A DNA stretch of 63,958 nucleotides, counting the filler, from Stramenopiles sp. TOSAG23-2 (lineage: Eukaryota), in the NCBI GenBank assembly GCA_900128395.1. It is 4 parts of 4 records of this genome, joined end to end, with 100 filler letters (N's around TTAATTAATTAA, not from the genome) between each part and the next. Parts side by side here need not be neighbours in the genome. Positions count along the whole stretch, not along the records: positions 34,107 to 51,003 come from LT649662.1; positions 51,104 to 63,958 come from LT649830.1; 2 more parts are not named here. One strand, 5' to 3'. Each line of letters opens with the position of its first letter. The first letter of the stretch is position 1. Both the position numbers and the translations under genes were made by a program. The notes below the pieces were generated by a model, which searched no databases, was not told the origin of the DNA, and was given only the letters and a program-made list of their open reading frames with translations. Below are positions 47,100-59,010 of the stretch, in pieces.

Positions 47100-48353
47100 A
47101 CGGCTTTATACATGTATAAGTAACCACCATCCAATCCAACGTAAAAACAATGGTTACATGTATTAAAAAATCCAGATTTAAAGATATGAATACAATTGGA
47201 TTTTTAATTGCATTTACAATTGGTTTTATATTCCATAAATATGGTACTTCACAATGAAAATAGGAGATACAATAATCACATGATTTTCTTTGGGCTCCTG
47301 AATAAAACTTATCAACTTCATATTGTAGCTGTGGATATTGAATAATGTTTTTTGGAAGTTCACCAACGATGTGGGATGTGATGAAATTTGTAGCATCATT
47401 CCTTTTTTGTAATTCTTTGGAAAAAAAGCCTCCACTGCATGTTGTATTTCTTGCAATGTTGGGTTTCTAGCCAATTTATTGAATAAACTACACTCTTCAT
47501 GATCCTCAAAAGATGATGTTGGGGATGGTGGTTGTTGCTGTTGTGGCAGCGGTGATATTATAGAAGAATTAAGACAAGCGAAAATTGATCTTCAACTTTC
47601 AACGATGTGTGTTGTTTCTCTGCAAAAATATTTAAAATTTTTAAAGGATGAAACAGAACAGTATGTTCAATGAAATGGACAACCTACAAGTCAATTAGAG
47701 GTGCTAGTACCTTTACTAGAGTCAATTGAAAACGTATCACAAGAGAATGTGACTCACATAAACATGGGAACGCCAAAAAAAAATATTATAATGGGAAAAT
47801 AGAAGCTAGATTACTTGGGACAGATGATGAATGGAAGGAATACAAGACAATGGCAAAAGCAAGTAAATTTCTTGACGTCCCTAGTAGTTGTATATCGAAA
47901 GTTTGCAAAGGTAAGCAGAAAATTTGGCGATGTATATGGTTATCCAAATTTAGTAATAGTACCACATCAAGAAGCAATTAATTTTGGTAATGTATTTCAA
48001 AATGTTTCAATACCAGAACATACAACTAATTTTACCCACCTGCACCATTTATACCCCAGGAATTTGCAATGTGGTGCTACCAACTGTGAATGTGACATGT
48101 ATTGGAAGAATGGAAGTATGGTACTACATTTGGAGAACGACTTTTGTGCATCTGTTGTGGGGAATGCTTGTTTAAACCTACATTTCGTCCTGACAAATCA
48201 TGACAAACCTACACAAATTATTTTTATACTTATTAGAATACCATTTTGTCTCCCTGTTTAAAAGCAACTAATTGTACCTCCTGAGCTACTTTCTATTGGT
48301 GCATTCTGGCATTGCAACTATTATATAAATAATAACTGTAAAAAACACAAATC
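47100..48353. mobile_element. Degenerate repeat relic related to 41719-42361
   Basis: Broken ORFs, low CpG, shared TTTATACTTATTAGAATACCATTTTGT and TAATAACTGTAAAAAACACAAATC blocks. Confidence 0.4.
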
Positions 48354-48454
48354 AAAACAAGTTAGTAAAAAAATAAAAACACATATATATTCACAATATC
48401 TATACATAAAATTATAATAACAAAACACATCATATCAATTGGCATTGCAAATCA

Positions 48455-48808
48455 ATGGGAGATATCATGTCATCAAAGAAAGAGACCGAGGAGGAGAGGA
48501 TGATCAGGGAGGCTCAGCAAATGTTAGCAAAGCTTGCACCTGAAGTCTCGGCATTAGAAAAAAAAACAGAAGCATTGAAAAAACATTTTGAACAAGCTTC
48601 AGAAAATGGTACAATTGGAAAGAAACGAGCCGAGTTTTTAAAAGAGGCAAAAATAATACAGGAAGTTGGGACAAAGTTATTGATAAAATTCGATGCTGTA
48701 GTTTTGATACCAAAAGACGCAGTAAATCGGCAAGTTAGGAAACAACAAATTAAACGAATTGAAGGAACTGATGCTAAATTAAAATTATTAGGCTTAATAA
48801 GTGATTGA
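48455..48808 (+). CDS. Small BAG-domain protein (Hsp70 co-chaperone-like)
   Basis: Three-helix pattern with QEVGTKLLIKFDAV..RQVRKQQIKRIE resembling the BAG consensus. Confidence 0.7.
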   Translation: MGDIMSSKKETEEERMIREAQQMLAKLAPEVSALEKKTEALKKHFEQASENGTIGKKRAEFLKEAKIIQEVGTKLLIKFDAVVLIPKDAVNRQVRKQQIKRIEGTDAKLKLLGLISD

Positions 48809-49009
48809 TTGTAAAAATAATAATTTATAATATGATAAATATAAATTTATGTACACACGATTGTCGTATCATAAAATCACAAAAACACACTTCTCAATCA
48901 AGTCATTCCCTCTTTATCAAAATTATATATATATAAAAATCACACAACAATATACCCACTCTACTCCATATCATAAAAATATAACGACACTCTTTCGTAA
49001 TACTATTTT

Positions 49010-51003
49010 TTACCATCCAAAACTACTTCCACGTCGGCTACCTTTACTAGTAGCATTGTAATTTTTTATATCTACATCTTCTTTTGTTGGATGATTCACT
49101 GATTCAATCATATTTGTATCATTAGCAACAACAACAATACTGTTATCACCTTCACCACCTAATGTTTTTGTAAATGACGATGTAATTGGATCAACAACAT
49201 CTTTTGTATCATTGGAAACTTCTGGTGCTGACATTGTTTTTAATTGTCCAACGGTTACCATATCACTAATTGGTTTAGAAATTTTTGCTACAAAATATGA
49301 AATTTGATGCACACGTAATATATATATATATACATATATATGTGTAAACGATTTTGTTTTTTAACATCAATAATGTTAGTATATATACGTTTATTGCTTG
49401 TTATTTTAAAAAGAATTAGATAATACTGAAGAATGTATATATTATAAAAACATACCTTCGGTTCGTTTCATAGCATCTTCCATTTCTAATATTTTCATTT
49501 GACTTTCACTTTCAACTTGATTTATTTCTTGAATAGTTTTTTTACTACGAGCTATTGTATCATCAACCGTTTCATTTTCCATTGTCAAATCTACTGGCAA
49601 GACAATAGGATCGCCAATTCGTCCATTATCTTTGCCATCCGCTACATCAACTACCTTCGCTTTACTTTTCTTATTATCATCAATAATAGTCAAGTTCGAA
49701 TCTTGATTTGGTGGTACAGGCAATAAAAAGTTATTAATATTTAATGATGATTCATCATCTTTACTATTTCTTTTCAAGATTTCATCTGTTTTTTCCTTTG
49801 TAATTGCATCTTCCATCATATCCCCATCAACGTAATAGCCATCATCTTCGTACGTATTCCCTACGTTGCCACGACGGGTATGTGGTGCACCATAATCTCC
49901 AACCCATCCTTGATATGTTGGTCGAAAACGTCTAGAACGAAATTCACTTTCATTATATGATTTTTCAATATCCATAATAATGGAAGAATTAGCACTTTTG
50001 CTATTATTGTTGAATTTTTCACCTTTGCGACTTTTCACTGGTACGTACACATCAGCATCACCCCATGGGTCTAAGTTGACATTTCGTGGTGAAGGTCCAT
50101 CTTCAACTAAATCATTGTATTCATCTAAAAATGCATCTGCAATTCGATCCATTGAAGAATTATTATTATTATCATTACTCATATACGGTCGATTGTTATG
50201 CGTAATATTATAATCTCTTCCTGGCAATGGTGCTCTAGCAGGGCTCATAATTTCTTCCATCACTTCTTTTTGCTCTTGTTTTGCTTTACGTATGGCTTTT
50301 TTATAAGCGTTTACTTGAGCTTTTACTTTTGACGGGACATTTTTCAAATAGTTTGGAATTTGTCTCTCCTCTGCACCTGCTGATGATTTGTTATTATCAT
50401 CATCATCAGCATTATTATTATTATTATTATTACCACTACTATTTGATCTTCTATTCATTAAAACTCTTTCTTTCACCGTAAATGGTTTCGTCGATATATC
50501 CATTGCACGTTTAGAAGCGAATTCTTCCTTTTGCTTTTGCACAATTTGACTACGTTTGGTACCTTTAAGTGGTTTATAACCGGCCCTATATCCACTACTT
50601 GGTACATCTATATATGCCTCCGTAACTAAATCATTAGTTAATATATTTTCATTTTCATTTGCCCCTTTCAATGAATACGATAAACGTGGACCTACACGTT
50701 GCTTTGCCTTTGGTTTTGGCATACCACGAGCTCTATTTGTTGCTTCAGTTACGTGATCATCTGGCCACCATCCTGGATATATAGGATTTCGATTTTCATC
50801 ACGTTTTTTCATTCCATTTTTGTTCAATTGAACTCCCACCGAATTTCTATTGCTTTCTGAAAGTATTCTCGTAACAACACTTTGTGCATTTTCTGATGTT
50901 AAGTTTTCTTTTGATGGTATAGGTACTTCATGTTGCACAAGTACATTTGCAACACCGCCACGTTCATCCACAAATGGGAATTTTGCCAATCTACGACCAG
51001 CTT
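49010..51003 (-). CDS. Uncharacterised hydrophilic protein, 5'-partial; intron 49288-49455
   Basis: ORFs 49442-50989 and 49010-49312 join in frame via GTATGT donor (49455) and TAG acceptor (49288), phase 1. Confidence 0.75.
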
Positions 51004-51103
51004 NNNNNNNNNNNNNNNNNNNNNNNNNNNNNNNNNNNNNNNNNNNNTTAATTAATTAANNNNNNNNNNNNNNNNNNNNNNNNNNNNNNNNNNNNNNNNN
51101 NNN
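51004..51103. other. Artificial contig linker
   Basis: N-TTAATTAATTAA-N. Confidence 0.97.
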
Positions 51104-51262
51104 ATTTTCAAATTATGTAAATGTACGACGATGATCGAAAATATATGTTAATAAATATAAGTATGTATATAACATAATTGTTATTACATATATATATATA
51201 TTGCAACGTACTACTTTAGCATTTGACGATGTGCAGACACATATATATATACATATATATAT

Positions 51263-51401
51263 TTAATAACTTTGGCTTTGACTTCCCATACCTTTGTTTT
51301 TTTTGTTTGGTAAAAGTACAGCATGAATGTTTGGTAATACACCACCAGCAGCAATGGTAACACCACCCATAAGTTTGTTCAATTCTTCATCATTACGTAC
51401 A
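51263..51401 (-). pseudogene. Extra copy of the H2A 3' end plus 3' flank
   Basis: [17 protein letters not shown] repeated; flank differs slightly from 51404-51544. Confidence 0.7.
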
Positions 51402-51544
51402 GAATTTTCAAATTATGTAAATGTATGACGATGATCGAAAATATATGTTAATAAATATTGTATTTACATACATATATATATATATATTGCAACGTATTAC
51501 TTTAGCATTTGACGATGTGCGGACATATATATATACATATATAT

Positions 51545-52264
51545 TTAATAACTTTGGCTTTGACTTCCCATACCTTTGTTTTTTTTGTTTGGTAAAAGTA
51601 CAGCATGAATGTTTGGTAATACACCACCAGCAGCAATGGTAACACCACCCATAAGTTTGTTCAATTCTTCATCATTACGTACAGCCAATTGGATGTGACG
51701 TGGGATGATACGGCTTTTTTTGTTATCACGTGCTGCGTTACCTGCTAATTCCAAGATTTCTGCACATAAATATTCCAATACAGCTGCCATGTATACTGGG
51801 GCACCTGCACCAATTCTTGCTGCTACACGTCCTTGTCTCATGTAACGTGCTACACGTCCAACTGGGAATTGTAAACCTGCTTTTGCACTGCGGCTAGTGC
51901 TTTTACCTTTCTTTTTACCGCGACCTCCTTTTCCTTTTCCTGACATAGCAGCAATGGTAACACCACCCATAAGTTTGTTCAATTCTTCATCATTACGTAC
52001 AGCCAATTGGATGTGACGTGGGATGATACGGCTTCTTTTGTTATCACGTGCTGCGTTACCTGCTAATTCCAAGATTTCTGCACATAAGTATTCCAATACA
52101 GCTGCCATGTATACTGGAGCACCTGCACCAATTCTTGCTGCTACACGTCCTTGTCTCATGTAACGTGCTACACGTCCAACTGGGAATTGTAAACCTGCTT
52201 TTGCACTGCGGCTAGTGCTTTTACCTTTCTTTTTACCGCGACCTCCTTTTCCTTTTCCTGACAT
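51545..52264 (-). CDS. H2A: Histone H2A (H2A.X-like, C-terminal SQSY); assembled as an in-frame tandem dimer
   Basis: [40 protein letters not shown]; 106-aa truncated unit (51947-52264) fused to a complete unit (51545-51946). Confidence 0.95.
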   Translation of the reverse strand: MSGKGKGGRGKKKGKSTSRSAKAGLQFPVGRVARYMRQGRVAARIGAGAPVYMAAVLEYLCAEILELAGNAARDNKRSRIIPRHIQLAVRNDEELNKLMGGVTIAAMSGKGKGGRGKKKGKSTSRSAKAGLQFPVGRVARYMRQGRVAARIGAGAPVYMAAVLEYLCAEILELAGNAARDNKKSRIIPRHIQLAVRNDEELNKLMGGVTIAAGGVLPNIHAVLLPNKKNKGMGSQSQSY

Positions 52265-52740
52265 TGTTTGTTTTTGTAATTTGTTTTTGTTGTTTTTTTT
52301 TGTTAAATTGTTACGATCAATTGTTTCTACTTTTTTTCTTTCTTTCTACTATCGATATATGTACATTTATACTTTCTCCAAATGGTTTTATGTTTGAATT
52401 GAATTGGGTGAGGGTTGTTGTTAAAGGACAACTTTTAATATTTTATTTTTTGTTTTAACACCTTTAGTATAATGATAGTATTAGATAATTTCGAATACAA
52501 AAATTTTTTAAAATATATAAATTTGCCATATATTAATGCCCCGGAATGCCACTACCCACTGCCGATGATTTTTTTTTTCATCCTTTTTGTTGTAGTGGTA
52601 TGCACCTGCTAATTTCAAAATTGTTTTTTTGAGTTTTGCAAGAGGTAGTTTTTTGATGGGTGTTTTGCGACTCTTTAATGCTGTGCCGTTGTATTTCCGT
52701 GATTTTAGGAAAATTTAAATATATGAGTTGATTTTCATCC

Positions 52741-52977
52741 TATCAAATTAGGGATCATTTATACTTGAAAGGGAAATTAGAATACTCAAAAAAAAAACAT
52801 TTCAACATCGTTTTTACGCTATCAAATGACACATAAGTTGTACTTGAGGTGGAAATTAGAATACCAACAAAATACTACAATACAAAACTACTAAAATACT
52901 TTAAAACTACTAAAATCTTACATCTCACGCTATCAAAGGACACTAATTTATACTTGAATGGCAAAATTAGAATACGC
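52741..52977 (+). repeat. Three degenerate ~48-bp direct repeats in the H2A/AKR divergent intergenic region
   Basis: TATCAAA-N~10-TT(A/G)TACTTGA-N~5-AAATTAGAATAC at ~52741, ~52820 and ~52931. Confidence 0.7.
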
Positions 52978-53328
52978 AAAAATGTTGTGATCTTAATCTT
53001 ACAAATAGATTTGTGATGGCTTTTTACCCAAAATATATATCATCATATCACATAAAGGTGTGCAAGAGTGCAAGAGTGTTGTCTGTGATCAGCTTTCTTA
53101 ACCTTTTTTCATTTTTTTTCTTCGTCTTTCATCTGCAACAACCCTTTCTTTTCTGTTTTTCTCTCTATTCAGAAGAACTTATTGTTTGTATTCATTTTGT
53201 ATGAAATATATATTATTTGTTCAATTAATTAATGAATTATTATTTAAATCTCTATATTAGATAAAAAATTTATAATAATATTATAATTTCAATAATAATA
53301 TAATTATATAAAAATATTGAAAATAAAA

Positions 53329-54540
53329 ATGACCAATTTAAATAAAAATGACACAAGCATGCGTTATAATAACTTAGGCAGGACAGACTTATTAGTATCG
53401 GAATTATCATTTGGTTGCATGATGTTACAACGAGATGAACGAAATGCATATGATATTATGAAATGTGCCTATGAGGGTGGAATCAACATGTTTGATAATG
53501 CTGAAGGATATGGACATGAAGGATATGCAGAAGTTGTGATGGGTAATGCAATACATAAAGGAATAAAAGAAGGATTATGGGAAAGGGAAGATTTAGTAAT
53601 TACAACTAAAATTTTCTTTGGTGGACGAGGACAACGAGATACTGTTAATAGTGCACAAACAACAAATAGGAAAAAACTTTATGAAGGGTTGAAATCTTCA
53701 CTAGCTCGTATGCGTTTAGATTATGTCGATTTAGTTTTTTGTCATAGATGTGATACAAGTACACCAATGGAGGAAACTGTGCGAGGTATGAATCATCTTA
53801 TTGATCGTGGTATGGCATATTATTGGGGTACATCGGAATGGACGGCACAACAATTACAAGAGGCAACATTAATTGCAGAAAATCTTGGATTAGTTGGACC
53901 AAAATTTGATCAACTTCAATATAATCTTTTTCATCGTGAACGATTAGAACGTGAATATCAACCATTGTATAAAAGCATAGGACTTGGTACAACAATATGG
54001 AGTCCATTGGCGGGTGGATTATTATCAGGAAAAATTAGTGGCAAACGTACAACGGAGAAAGGAATGGCGCGTTTAAAAGCATCAATAGATCCAGCATTAC
54101 GTGCGAGAGCGGAAGCACCTGAAAAACTTCTTCCAATTGCCCAATCATTAAGAATGGCGCGTTTAAAAGCATCAATAGATCCAGCATTACGTGCGAGAGC
54201 GGAAGCACCTGAAAAACTTCTTCCAATTGCCCAATCATTAAGTTGTACCCTTGCACAATTAGCATTAGCATGGTGTGCATCGAATAAAAATGTATCAACA
54301 GTGATATGTGGTGCAAGTAGTGTAAATCAAATGAAAGAAAATCTTGCTGCTGTTGAAGTGATCCAACATATTAATGATGAAATACGTCATAAAATGGACA
54401 AGGCACTTGGTGAATCTCTTAATACAATGTATATCGTTGGAAAGCGTAGTTACTCATTAGCAGAATACAATGAAAGTATTAATTCACCTCCTTCGCCTAC
54501 ATCTGCAAGGCCTTTGGCACGGGAACAAGCTCGGCTTTGA
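53329..54540 (+). CDS. Aldo-keto reductase, Kv-beta (AKR6)-like
   Basis: LGRTDLLVSELSFG, FDNAEGYG, ITTKIFFG, YVDLVFCHR, YWGTSEW, WSPLAGGLLSGK; contains a 90-bp in-frame duplication 54063-54242. Confidence 0.93.
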   Translation: MTNLNKNDTSMRYNNLGRTDLLVSELSFGCMMLQRDERNAYDIMKCAYEGGINMFDNAEGYGHEGYAEVVMGNAIHKGIKEGLWEREDLVITTKIFFGGRGQRDTVNSAQTTNRKKLYEGLKSSLARMRLDYVDLVFCHRCDTSTPMEETVRGMNHLIDRGMAYYWGTSEWTAQQLQEATLIAENLGLVGPKFDQLQYNLFHRERLEREYQPLYKSIGLGTTIWSPLAGGLLSGKISGKRTTEKGMARLKASIDPALRARAEAPEKLLPIAQSLRMARLKASIDPALRARAEAPEKLLPIAQSLSCTLAQLALAWCASNKNVSTVICGASSVNQMKENLAAVEVIQHINDEIRHKMDKALGESLNTMYIVGKRSYSLAEYNESINSPPSPTSARPLAREQARL

Positions 54541-55394
54541 TATATAAAAAGATATTAAAAGAAGGGGTGTATACAGTGGCCACGTGGCCACATATGTAGT
54601 GTTATAAATTATATCATCTAGTGTATATACGTGTAATACACCACAATATAATACTAGTTATATATTATATAAAATATCTTTAAAAATATATATCTAGAAT
54701 TTACTTTTTTAAAAGAAATTTTTGCTATATGTTTAATTAGAGAATTTTAGAATTTACTCTCTTCACCCGGCTAGCTAATATACATTATAATTATACAAAA
54801 ATATATGTATATACATGTAAAATTGTATATTTAACGATGTGGGAGGATTACTATGCGGATAAGCTTATAGAATAGGAATACTAAAGTTACTACTAATATT
54901 TTCCTTTTAAATTACTATCTTTTAAAATACCTAAAAAACACTCTTTTATTCAAATCACGAGGTTTACTTTACTATCGTATATATCTTAAATTGCGCGGGC
55001 AAGGGTTCTCCTACGGGACCACCCGTGATGTCTAACGATAGAGATAAATAGGCAGATCTGTATGGATATATATATATATTATATATATATTTCTTATTGC
55101 TCTTTACTAATACCACAACCACTGTACTCCTTTTCTTGTGTACCAAACGTTCCTTCTACTAATTATAGTGGCGGTCCGTCTGGTATGCAAAATTAGGCAA
55201 CAACTACTAAATAGGATATATATATATAGCTCTTTACTAATACCACAACCACTGTACTCCTTTTCTTGTGTACCAAACGTTCCTTCTACTAATTATAGTG
55301 GCGGTCCGTCTGGTATGCAAAATTAGGCAACAACTACTAAATAGGATATATATATATATATAATTGTATATCCAACGTTGGATTAACAATTACT

Positions 55395-55739
55395 ATATTA
55401 TATACTCTTACTTCTTAACTATACTAAACACTTATATATAACACAAAACTATATCTTATCATAAACCATAAAAACTCTATTTTATAATGTAATGTATGTA
55501 TCTTACATATGGATGTATATATATAAATTTGTTGTACACGTCTGTAAAACGCATTTATAGCCATTCATCCCTACTACGATGCACATACCATTACTAACTC
55601 TCAACTTCTTTCTCATCTCACTCAACGAATCTTATCCCGACCACTTCGCTCACGCTCGTGGTGATATTTGCCTTCTATATGCTCAAATGCCTGCTGTCTT
55701 CATGCTATGTCATCCAATCGACATAACCAGATCTATCAC
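55395..55739 (-). repeat. 3' LTR (portion shared with 5' LTR; may extend further left)
   Basis: Identical to 58206-58550. Confidence 0.88.
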
Positions 55740-55740
55740 T

Positions 55741-55756
55741 ACCCTTTTCCTTTTAA
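55741..55756 (-). promoter_or_regulatory. Polypurine tract
   Basis: Minus-strand AAAAGGAAAAGGGT directly abuts the 3' LTR start. Confidence 0.75.
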
Positions 55757-56846
55757 AAGAATTGCGATAGCACATTCGTTGATCTCTCGTGTTATCTTAG
55801 GTTAGTTACCTCCCTCGCCTTCAACTGCAATGACGGTATTCACCAAAGATACTAAAAATTACCCCTCCGCATACTCTGCGACGATGTCAATTATTAGCCA
55901 TATGGGTTCACCCCTCCGCACTAAGTGCGACGATGTTATTACCACGTACATTATAATTCAAGTTCCAATACATTTGGTCTTTTTTTCTTAACGCTCCGAT
56001 AGGCGTTTTAGTACTTGCCTACAGTACTCTTCATGGTTTGCCTTGCCATGGTATCTCTAGGGATTCTAAATATCTACTCGTTCTGGTAGATAACGGGGCC
56101 TCACTCCCTGAATCACGTTTCTTTGTCTTTTCTTTTATATTTTTCTTATTTTTAAAGTTATTTTATACACCTCAGTGGTGACCTTTCTCAGGGTTTTCAA
56201 CAATTCTTAATTTTCAATTTGCCTTTTACTTCCGTTGCCTTTTTCTCTTGCCTCTTGCCTCTTGCCTCATTTATTTATTTTACTTTACTCATTTTTACAT
56301 CTTTTCAGTGGGATTCATAATTTTATTATTACTACCATTAATAATATCAGTTCTTTGTTCGTATCATCCTATCTAACACAAGAATGAATCCACTCGGGAC
56401 TTCCCAGGTAGTGCTATCCGCCCATACGACTGCATACTCAACCTATTTTTATGGAATTATGACCCATCTTTGTCCCTTAACCTAATCCTACCATCATCAT
56501 AGCTTCTACGGTAATATCGCCTTGCTTTTCTGAAATTTTTAAAAAGTTTCCATTGTGAATAGTTGTTTTTTAAAAAATAAAGTATTACCGGGACATTTGA
56601 TGGTTGTTTTTTCTGGATAATTATCATAGAAAAATACATGTTTTCACAGTAGAAAACACGTTGTATTCATACTGTAACTCAATTTACATTTTTATGGAAA
56701 TTCACTTCTTTACCCAATTTAAAGAATTGCGGTAACACTTTCAGTATTTTCCTAAATAAAGTATACAGAATTTCGTACTTAAAAGCAATTCGTTTCTTTC
56801 GTCCCTCTATCAAATTTCCATACTGTAAAGATGTAGTTATTTTAAT

Positions 56847-57335
56847 TTACTCATTCATTTGCCTTACGAAGTTCTCAATACCTCTAACCATATCATCGAT
56901 TGTACTCATATGTTTTGCTGTATTACTGTTTCCTTCAGCATCAACAAATGGTTTGCTCTCAGTATTTTTATTCTTCTTCTTCTTCGATTTTCGCTTTTTC
57001 TCTTTGATTGTGCTACTACTACCTGTATCACGTTTTCGCTTTCCGCTGTCCGTTTTAGATCCATATTTCTGGATCAGCGACTGTTCTCTTATATCGATGG
57101 TGTATATAAAATCCTCACCATGCTTTCTAAATGCTTTATTTCTTTTGCCTAATACACTTCTCATGCTACTACCATCTACCTCTTTCCTTTTAAGCCTCTT
57201 TTTCTTTTGCCTGCCTCGCTGTGCTTCTGCGTTTGCTCTCTGTGTTGCCTGAAAATCCTTAAAGTACTCTCGGATCATATGTTTCGAAACTGCACGAATT
57301 GTGCCATTTTTATTTAGCAAGATCTGTGACAACAT
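56847..57335 (-). pseudogene. Probable Pol C-terminal tail, out of frame after a deletion
   Basis: Follows the truncated RNase H; NGTIRAVSKHMIREYF loosely resembles the end of a gypsy integrase C-terminal module, then a basic tail. Confidence 0.45.
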
Positions 57336-57945
57336 ATAGCTTGTCCCCTAGAAAATGCCGCCACTTTTCTAATGCCCATAATAATGCTAAACATTCCAGC
57401 TCTCGAGCGTCATAATTTTTCTCAGCCGGACTTAATGCACGACTAGCATACCATACGACATGCAATTTGTGATCTTTACCTTTTTGATTCAATGTTGCGC
57501 CCAGGCCATTGTACGAGCCATCACAGTGAATGTAAAATGGTTTCGTTATGTCTGGTAGTAGCCCGTTCATTACTTTACTTATGTCACGTGTTAGTGCCAT
57601 TGTTACAAATAAGGCTTGGCCTATCAAATATCCTCCTACTATCCCTAAGGTCGTATTTACAGATATTTTAAAGAAAGATAGGAATAATGAATAAATAATT
57701 AAAATTATTATATTTAATCCTACGTCCTTTAAGGTCTCTTCAGTGTTATCCTTAAACCGCTTATCTGCTTGTTTTGCCTTTGCCTTTCCTCCGCACCACG
57801 TTTTTCCTGCCCATATGCCCTCTGCATATCCATTCTTGTTCTCTTTTGAATTGTTGTTGTTGTTGTATTGTTGTTTGTGTTTGTTTTTATTTTTATTTTT
57901 ATTACTTGTCCTTTTTGTTGTTGTGCGCTTCGGTGCGCTTCCTAG
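57310..57945 (-). pseudogene. Pol-frame remnant ending in Ty3/gypsy RNase H
   Basis: PDITKPFYIHCDGSYNGLGATLNQ..YASRALSPAEKNYDARELECLALLWALEKWRHFL..VVTD; frame open from 57945. Confidence 0.9.
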
Positions 57946-57999
57946 TCAATCACTGTCACTGTCAGTTTCGTCATTGTCAGCATTATTGCCATTTTGCTG

Positions 58000-58039
<40 letters not shown>

Positions 58040-58206
58040 GTTTGCTGATTACGACGTTGACTCCTTTTCAACCTTTTATTCTCATTTCTTGCTTGCTTGA
58101 GTTGGTTCTTCAATGTTGCTACCTTTCTTTTGTTATGTCCTCCATTTCTGTTGGTAGGTCTTCCATTGCTCCGACATTCGTTAGCCCTGTGGCCTTTCTT
58201 TCCACA
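57946..58206 (-). pseudogene. Gag C-terminus with zinc knuckle
   Basis: CGKKGHRANEC (C-X4-H-X4-C; first Cys lost at the LTR junction), then basic/Asn/acidic tail ending in TGA at 57948-57946. Confidence 0.82.
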
Positions 58207-58551
58207 TATTATATACTCTTACTTCTTAACTATACTAAACACTTATATATAACACAAAACTATATCTTATCATAAACCATAAAAACTCTATTTTATAATG
58301 TAATGTATGTATCTTACATATGGATGTATATATATAAATTTGTTGTACACGTCTGTAAAACGCATTTATAGCCATTCATCCCTACTACGATGCACATACC
58401 ATTACTAACTCTCAACTTCTTTCTCATCTCACTCAACGAATCTTATCCCGACCACTTCGCTCACGCTCGTGGTGATATTTGCCTTCTATATGCTCAAATG
58501 CCTGCTGTCTTCATGCTATGTCATCCAATCGACATAACCAGATCTATCACA
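58206..58551 (-). repeat. 5' LTR (3'-truncated)
   Basis: Begins TGTGATAG; fused directly to gag with no PBS. Confidence 0.88.
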
Positions 58552-59010
58552 TGTTTGGAAAGAAAAAAGGATAAAATTTAAAACCAAATTATTAAAATAA
58601 CACTGTTTACTATGGATGGACTATAACTTTATTAATGAAAAATCTCCCTCTCAAATAAGGTTTTTTATCATGGCATTAACTCGCAGACTTCGCGAACTTT
58701 AAGGGTCTTAGCAAACAAAACTTCGATTGTACTCTACTACTTAGGATAAAAAATGTGCCACATATTAATATATATATATTTTATACCACAGTTATAATAA
58801 ATATAATTTCCTTAACAAGCTATTCGGGCCCGACCATAAACATCAATTTGAACCTTGAACTTATATCATACAAGAAGCTTCTTACTACAAATATATATAT
58901 CGATATATATAAAATGAATATAAAAAAGATATATAAAAGAAAGATGTTATACAGATACCAAAAAAAAGGTGTGTGTGTGTGTGTAAGCGAACAAAAGAAA
59001 CAAGGGCAGA

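Larger units (their letters stand above)
55395..58551 (-). mobile_element. Internally deleted Ty3/gypsy LTR retrotransposon
   Basis: 345-bp identical direct repeats (58206-58550, 55395-55739), TG start at 58551, polypurine tract before the 3' LTR, Gag zinc knuckle, RNase H fragment; no PR/RT/IN core. Confidence 0.9.

Noticed and set aside
17000..51103. TTAATTAATTAA palindromes at ~17-kb spacing
   Set aside because: Embedded in N-runs; artificial linkers, not biological.
54063..54242. Novel 30-aa insertion in the aldo-keto reductase
   Set aside because: Exact 90-bp duplicate of the type seen throughout the window; likely artefact.
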